This document shows positions 25,010 to 32,000 of a stretch of 32,000 nucleotides of DNA, in pieces; within the stretch, counting starts at the first letter, position 1, and every line of letters starts with the position of its first letter. Origin of the DNA: an uncultured Solirubrobacterales bacterium (lineage in GTDB: Bacteria; Actinomycetota; Thermoleophilia; Solirubrobacterales; Solirubrobacteraceae). Where the stretch lies: the NCBI GenBank assembly GCA_963743475.1, contig CAVUPS010000001.1, forward strand, positions 857,362 through 889,361. The letters are read 5' to 3'. Both the position numbers and the translations under genes were made by a program. The notes beneath the pieces are model-generated. The model saw only the letters and a program-made list of their open reading frames with translations. It was not told the DNA's origin and did not search any database.

Positions 25010-25564
25010 GCCGAGCGACGAGTCCTGGCGGAGCGCTCGGCGGGCGGCAGCTGTTGGACACGATCGGGTGAGGAAAGAAGATCTGAAAGTACTCGCTTGA
25101 CGTGACCGGCGCCGGGCGCTCTGGCAACCTTACGAGACGCCGCGGGCGACGGCGTCTCATGCGTGCCGAGCGATCAACGCTTCCGGATCCCTCCCTCCAC
25201 ACAGCTGCGGGCCCCACGAGACCGGCAGCTGCGCTTTGCATCGTTCTCTCTACGACTGTCGATGCCGTTCTCGCCCATGTGGCCGAACAGCGCTCCGAGT
25301 CCAGCGCCGAGTGCGAGGCCGGTGAACGGGATGAAGAACAGCATCCCGAACAGCAGTCCCCAGAACCCGCTCCACCACGCGCCGCCGCCGGCCTGCGCGC
25401 CACCGTGCCTGGTTGTGAACGTGGTACTTGCCCTCCGGGTCGCGGGAGATCGCGGCGACCTGGTCGGCTTGGATGATCAGCTCGGATTAGAGCTACTGGA
25501 CCGTCTCGCGGGCTTGTTCGGCGGTGCCCTCATCCGGATAGCCAACGGCAGCAAGCGTTGCCAT
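25010..25564 (-). pseudogene. DUF1269-type membrane protein gene, decayed (two in-frame stops, at least one frameshift, degraded C-terminus); 3' boundary is approximate
   Basis: ATG at 25564 gives MATLAAVGYPDEGTAEQARETVQ, then TAG (25493-25495), L, TAA (25487-25489), then SELIIQADQVAAISRDPEGKYHVH. After a frameshift near 25405-25420 the glycine-zipper TM part continues in another frame: GGAWWSGFWGLLFGMLFFIPFTGLALGAGLGALFGHMGENGID. Confidence 0.65.
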
Positions 25565-25787
25565 GCGCACCGCTGCTTTCTCGGCGGATGTGACGTCGAC
25601 CCGACGCGCATAGCGCGCTGCCGCCCGAGCCGTGCGTCGCCGCCGCAGCCGCGCAACGCACAGTCCAAGGTGCACCCGTTGGCGGTCATCATCCGAATTG
25701 GATGAGTCAGTCACGGACGGACTCCGAGCTCGCTTGAGCGCAATTCGCTCGTGATCTTCCGCGATGGCCATCTCGCGAACGGTGTGC

Positions 25788-27257
25788 CTACGCGTGCCCG
25801 GCGGCGTGGTCGAGCGCAGTGGGGGCGGCGGGTGTGCTTGGTTGCTGCTCGGGGTTGGCGGGGAGGAAGATCGCGGCTGCGAGTCCGATCAGGGCGAGGG
25901 CGGCGAGGCTGACCATCGCGAGGATGTAGGGCAGGTTCTTGTTGCTGTTGGCGAGGTCTGCGACGAGGATCGTGCCGGCGATCGCGGTGCCGAGCGATGA
26001 GCCGAGGTTGGAGACGCTGCGTGAGAGGCCTGAGATCTCGCCCTGTTTCTGTTCGGGGAAGCTGGATTGCACGATGTTGACAGAGGGGGTGAGCATGACG
26101 CCGAGGCCGAGGCCGATGACCAGTAGGCCGGGCGTGAACGCGACCACGTGCGACGAGACGCTGACGACGGCGAGCAGCGTCCCGACGCCGGCGATCGTGA
26201 CGATGAAACCCGCGCGGATCAGGGTCCTCTGGGAGTATTTCTTGGCGAGCCGCTCCGCGGAAAGGGAGGAGATGAGGATGCCGGCGGTTGCCGCGGTGAA
26301 GATGACGCCGGTCTTGATCGCGCTGAACCCGTGCTCGGTCTGCAGGAACACTGAGACGACGAACGTGATGCCCATGAGCAGTAGCCATTGGATGTTCTGG
26401 GTGACGAGCCCGAGGTTGGAGGTGCGGTTGCGAAATAGGCTCGTGGACAGCAGCGGTTCTTTGCCTGCTCGTTCGCTGGAGCGGATGTGGAGGAAGAACC
26501 AGAGCAGGAACGCGGCTCCGAGCGCGAGGAAGATGACCAGCAGCGTGTTGTTGTTACCGGCTTGCAGGATCCCGATGACGAGAAACGACATGCCAGCCGC
26601 GGACAGGGCTGCTCCGATGCCATCGAATGCGCGTGTGGGGTCAGCCGGTAGTGGGTCGGTGATCTTGAGACTGAGGTAGATGATCGTCGCGACGACGGCA
26701 GCCTGGAGTAGGAACGATGCTCGCCAGCTGATCGTCGTGGTGATCAGGCCGCCGATCAGCGGTCCTGCGGCGGCGCCGATCCCGCCCATTCCGCTGATCA
26801 CGCCGAACGCTTTGGCGCGTGACTGCAGATCGCTGAACGCCAGCGTCGCGAGGATGTAGATCGGGGGGATCATCAGCGCCGAGCCCACGCCCTCAAAGCC
26901 CGAGTAGCCGACGATCAGCACCCCCAAGCCTGGCGCGGCCGCCGCGATCACCGCTCCGATCCCGTACACGCTGAGCCCCCTGATCAGGCATCGCTTGCGG
27001 CCCCAGATGTCGGTGAGCTTGCTGCCGGGGATCATCAGCGCCGCCATGCACAGCAAGAACAGCGTGATCGCTGTCTGCACGCCGTGGACGGTCGTGTCGA
27101 GGTCTTTGCTGATGTTGGTGATCGCGACGTTCATGTTCGATCCGGCGAAACTGGCGATGAACTGGGTCAGGGCGAGCGGGATCAGCATCCTCCGCGGCGA
27201 AATGCCCGACCCCTCTTGGATCGGTCCGTGCAGCTCTGCTGCGGCGCCGTCAGTCAC
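25788..27257 (-). CDS. MFS transporter, DHA2 (EmrB/QacA-like, ~14 TMS) drug/H+ antiporter family
   Basis: LALTQFIASFAGSNMNVAI, motif-A-like GSKLTDIWGRKR, and many hydrophobic helices throughout the 489 aa. Confidence 0.9.
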   Translation of the reverse strand: MTDGAAAELHGPIQEGSGISPRRMLIPLALTQFIASFAGSNMNVAITNISKDLDTTVHGVQTAITLFLLCMAALMIPGSKLTDIWGRKRCLIRGLSVYGIGAVIAAAAPGLGVLIVGYSGFEGVGSALMIPPIYILATLAFSDLQSRAKAFGVISGMGGIGAAAGPLIGGLITTTISWRASFLLQAAVVATIIYLSLKITDPLPADPTRAFDGIGAALSAAGMSFLVIGILQAGNNNTLLVIFLALGAAFLLWFFLHIRSSERAGKEPLLSTSLFRNRTSNLGLVTQNIQWLLLMGITFVVSVFLQTEHGFSAIKTGVIFTAATAGILISSLSAERLAKKYSQRTLIRAGFIVTIAGVGTLLAVVSVSSHVVAFTPGLLVIGLGLGVMLTPSVNIVQSSFPEQKQGEISGLSRSVSNLGSSLGTAIAGTILVADLANSNKNLPYILAMVSLAALALIGLAAAIFLPANPEQQPSTPAAPTALDHAAGHA

Positions 27258-27528
27258 GTCGTGCAGCCTCTTCCGCCGCCGAGATCGCGGGTGCCGCGAC
27301 GATCAACGTCAGGTGGCTGAACGCCTGGGGGAAGTTGCCGACCTGCCGCTGACGTGTGACGTCGTACTCCTCTGCCGTGCCGTCTGGAGTCTCGAAATCG
27401 CTCTCCAGCGCAAGCGTCCCCGGCCGGTAACGACGAGAGCCCGAGCTCACCTCACCCGCCGGCCCGATTCGACCGACCCGAGCGGCAGCCTGCAGATCAC
27501 CGATCAAGCCATAGTCCTCGATACGCAT
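27250..27528 (-). pseudogene. Collapsed in-frame remnant (92 aa) of a ~600-aa GH15 glucoamylase/trehalase-family gene
   Basis: Three islands typical of GH15 are retained: the N-terminus MRIEDYGLIGDLQAAARVGR, then RYRPGTLALESDFETPDGTA, then the C-terminal EEYDVTRQRQVGNFPQAFSHLTLIVAA. Everything between them is missing. The ORF overlaps the MFS start by 8 nt. Confidence 0.6.
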
Positions 27529-28056
27529 AAGCCACTTATCTCCGGTTGATCGCCGCGCGCACCGTAGACCGTAGGAGTCGCCCGAAACGCGCGCATCACC
27601 CCAACCGGATGACTGGCGAGGGTCGGACCCGCCGTCCGTTCCGGTGCCCTAGGCATCGAACCGCCGCGCTGGCGGCCCTTGCTCGGGGCTTCAGTTGACA
27701 GGCCCGAGTGACGGCGGCCGTGGGAATCTCCCTGCTGGCGGCGATCGAAAGTCCCCAGTGATGGCCACGACATCTCCCCGCGGGTCGCCACGAATCTTTC
27801 CACCGCCCACCGCTTCTTTCAAGCGTGTGGCGGCGCCGATTGCCGTTCAGCGCGTGCCACGCCGCCTCGGCGTGGCGCGCGACGAGTGGGAATGCGGCCG
27901 TCGCGTGCGACCGTGGTTCGCGCGCACGGTTGGAAGGCGGGGCGCTCCCGCGCCGCGCTGGTTCGGGCAAGCCCTGGTCATCCTTTTTGGGTGATGCCGG
28001 CAGGCGTGTGGACGCTTAGGGTCGGCGAACCCGACCCCAGCGCCGTCGGCGCCCTG

Positions 28057-28072
28057 GTCACAAGAAAGTGAC
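28057..28072. promoter_or_regulatory. Operator-like inverted repeat GTCAC-aagaaa-GTGAC, 35 nt upstream of the GH63-like gene
   Basis: Perfect 5-bp arms with a 6-nt A-rich spacer, in the 580-bp divergent region. Function is inferred only. Confidence 0.2.
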
Positions 28073-28107
28073 AACTAGCCCTTCAGAGGTCGAGAGGCTG
28101 TGAAGCG

Positions 28108-30831
<2,724 letters not shown>

Positions 30832-30838
30832 GCGGGTT

Positions 30839-32000
30839 TTGCGCCTGCCTGCCCGCCCTACCGTCTATGAGATCAACACCGCGGTGTGGCTCGAGCGGCT
30901 GGGTCGTGGACGTGGCCGACCGCTGCTGCTCGGAGAGGTCCCAGCGGGCGAGTGGGACGCGCTGGAGGCGCTGCCGGTCGACGCGGTGTGGCTGATGGGA
31001 GTGTGGCAGCGCAGCCCGGCGGGGCTGCAGATCGCGCTCGCCGATCCGAAGCTCGACGCCGGGAACCGGGCCGCGCTGCCGGACCTGCGCCCCGAGGATG
31101 TGATCGGCTCGCCCTATTGCGTGCGCGACTATGTCGTCGACGAGCGATTCGGCGGTCCTGACGCGCTCGCGACAGCCCGCCAGCAGCTCGCTGACCGCGG
31201 CCTGGGGCTGATCCTCGACTACGTGCCAAACCACGTCGCTCCCGACCACCCCTGGCTGAGCGACCGCCCGGAATGCTTCCTCGCCGCCAGCGACGAGGAA
31301 CTCGCGTCGCACCCAGAGGCGTTCATGCGGACCGATGCCGGCGTGGTCGCGAAAGGGCGCGATCCCTACTTCCCGCCGTGGCCGGACGTTGTGCAACTGA
31401 ACGCGTTCTCGCCCGAGCTGCGCGACGCGGTCGCCGAGACACTGATCGATATCGGCCGCCAGTGCGACGGGCTGCGCTGCGACATGGCGATGCTGATGAC
31501 CAACGAGGTGTTCGCCCGTACGTGGGGCGCGCGCGCGGGGTCCGCTCCGGATCAGGACTACTGGCCGACACTGATCGCGCGCGTTAAGGATGCCCACCCG
31601 GACCTCCTGTTCATGGCCGAGGCGTACTGGGACATGGAGTGGGCGCTTCAGCAGCAGGGGTTTGACCTTTGTTACGACAAGCGTCTCTACGACCGCTTGG
31701 TTGGAGATCCCGCCGAATCGGTCCGCGCGCATCTGCTGGCCGACCGCTCCTATCAGGAGCGGCTGATTCGGTTTATCGAGAATCACGACGAGCCGCGTGC
31801 AGCCGCCACCTTCGGGCCTGCCCAAGGGCGTGCCGCCGCGGTCGTGATATCCACGCTGCAAGGCGCACGCCTGTACCACGACGGCCAGTTAGACGGGCAC
31901 CGCACGAGGATCCCGGTATTCCTCAGCCGCGGACCCGACGAGCCACCAGACAGCGATCTATGCTCGTTCTACGAGCGGCTGCTGCGCGCCCTCGCGGACG
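30839..32000 (+). CDS. GH13 alpha-amylase family glycoside hydrolase, 5' part (runs off the window end)
   Basis: Not in the ORF track because it has no stop within the window. The frame is open from the in-frame stop 30767-30769. The only start candidate before the conserved N-terminus (TVYEINTAVWLERL) is TTG 30839, 7 nt after the GH63-like stop. GH13 regions: LILDYVPNHVA, GLRCDMA, LFMAEAYW, FIENHDE. Confidence 0.85.
   Translation, partial: MRLPARPTVYEINTAVWLERLGRGRGRPLLLGEVPAGEWDALEALPVDAVWLMGVWQRSPAGLQIALADPKLDAGNRAALPDLRPEDVIGSPYCVRDYVVDERFGGPDALATARQQLADRGLGLILDYVPNHVAPDHPWLSDRPECFLAASDEELASHPEAFMRTDAGVVAKGRDPYFPPWPDVVQLNAFSPELRDAVAETLIDIGRQCDGLRCDMAMLMTNEVFARTWGARAGSAPDQDYWPTLIARVKDAHPDLLFMAEAYWDMEWALQQQGFDLCYDKRLYDRLVGDPAESVRAHLLADRSYQERLIRFIENHDEPRAAATFGPAQGRAAAVVISTLQGARLYHDGQLDGHRTRIPVFLSRGPDEPPDSDLCSFYERLLRALAD

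Overview
This is a high-G+C bacterial chromosomal window. Sample lines I hand-counted come to about 68% G+C. The gene style looks Actinomycetota-like: GTG/TTG starts, ATGA start/stop overlaps, and long antisense shadow ORFs opposite real genes.

Gene order: (1) the 3' end of a large NAD-glutamate dehydrogenase; (2) kaiB-kaiC without kaiA, followed 3 nt later by a small GAF-like ORF and then a REC-PAS-GGDEF-EAL c-di-GMP enzyme; (3) metY and a thiolase; (4) an NfuA-like Fe-S protein, divergent from an ATP-grasp enzyme plus a B12-binding-type radical SAM protein, with a convergent DsrE-like protein; (5) a 640-bp structured gap and a small hypothetical gene; (6) aguA-aguB (agmatine to putrescine); (7) a decayed stretch with a frameshifted transglutaminase-like gene, two gene fragments fused tail-to-tail (XerC/D N-terminus against a YciI-like N-terminus), an ERCC4 nuclease with an Lsr2-type DNA-binding tail, and a 50% G+C patch; (8) a polysaccharide deacetylase, a SulP/STAS permease, a DUF1269 pseudogene, an MFS transporter and a collapsed GH15 remnant; (9) a GH63-like glucosidase plus a GH13 alpha-amylase-family gene that runs off the window.

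Best lead: the radical SAM ORF does not really end at its TGA. The codons read W-F-C-TGA-A-E-P, which gives a C-U-A-E-P tail, and a 7-bp hairpin starts 12 nt downstream. This fits selenocysteine recoding inside an uncharacterised Nfu / ATP-grasp / rSAM / DsrE neighbourhood.

Second lead: a KaiA-less KaiBC timer sits next to a c-di-GMP turnover protein. Third lead: the ERCC4-Lsr2 fusion.

All family assignments come from reading motifs by eye and from memory. No searches were run.
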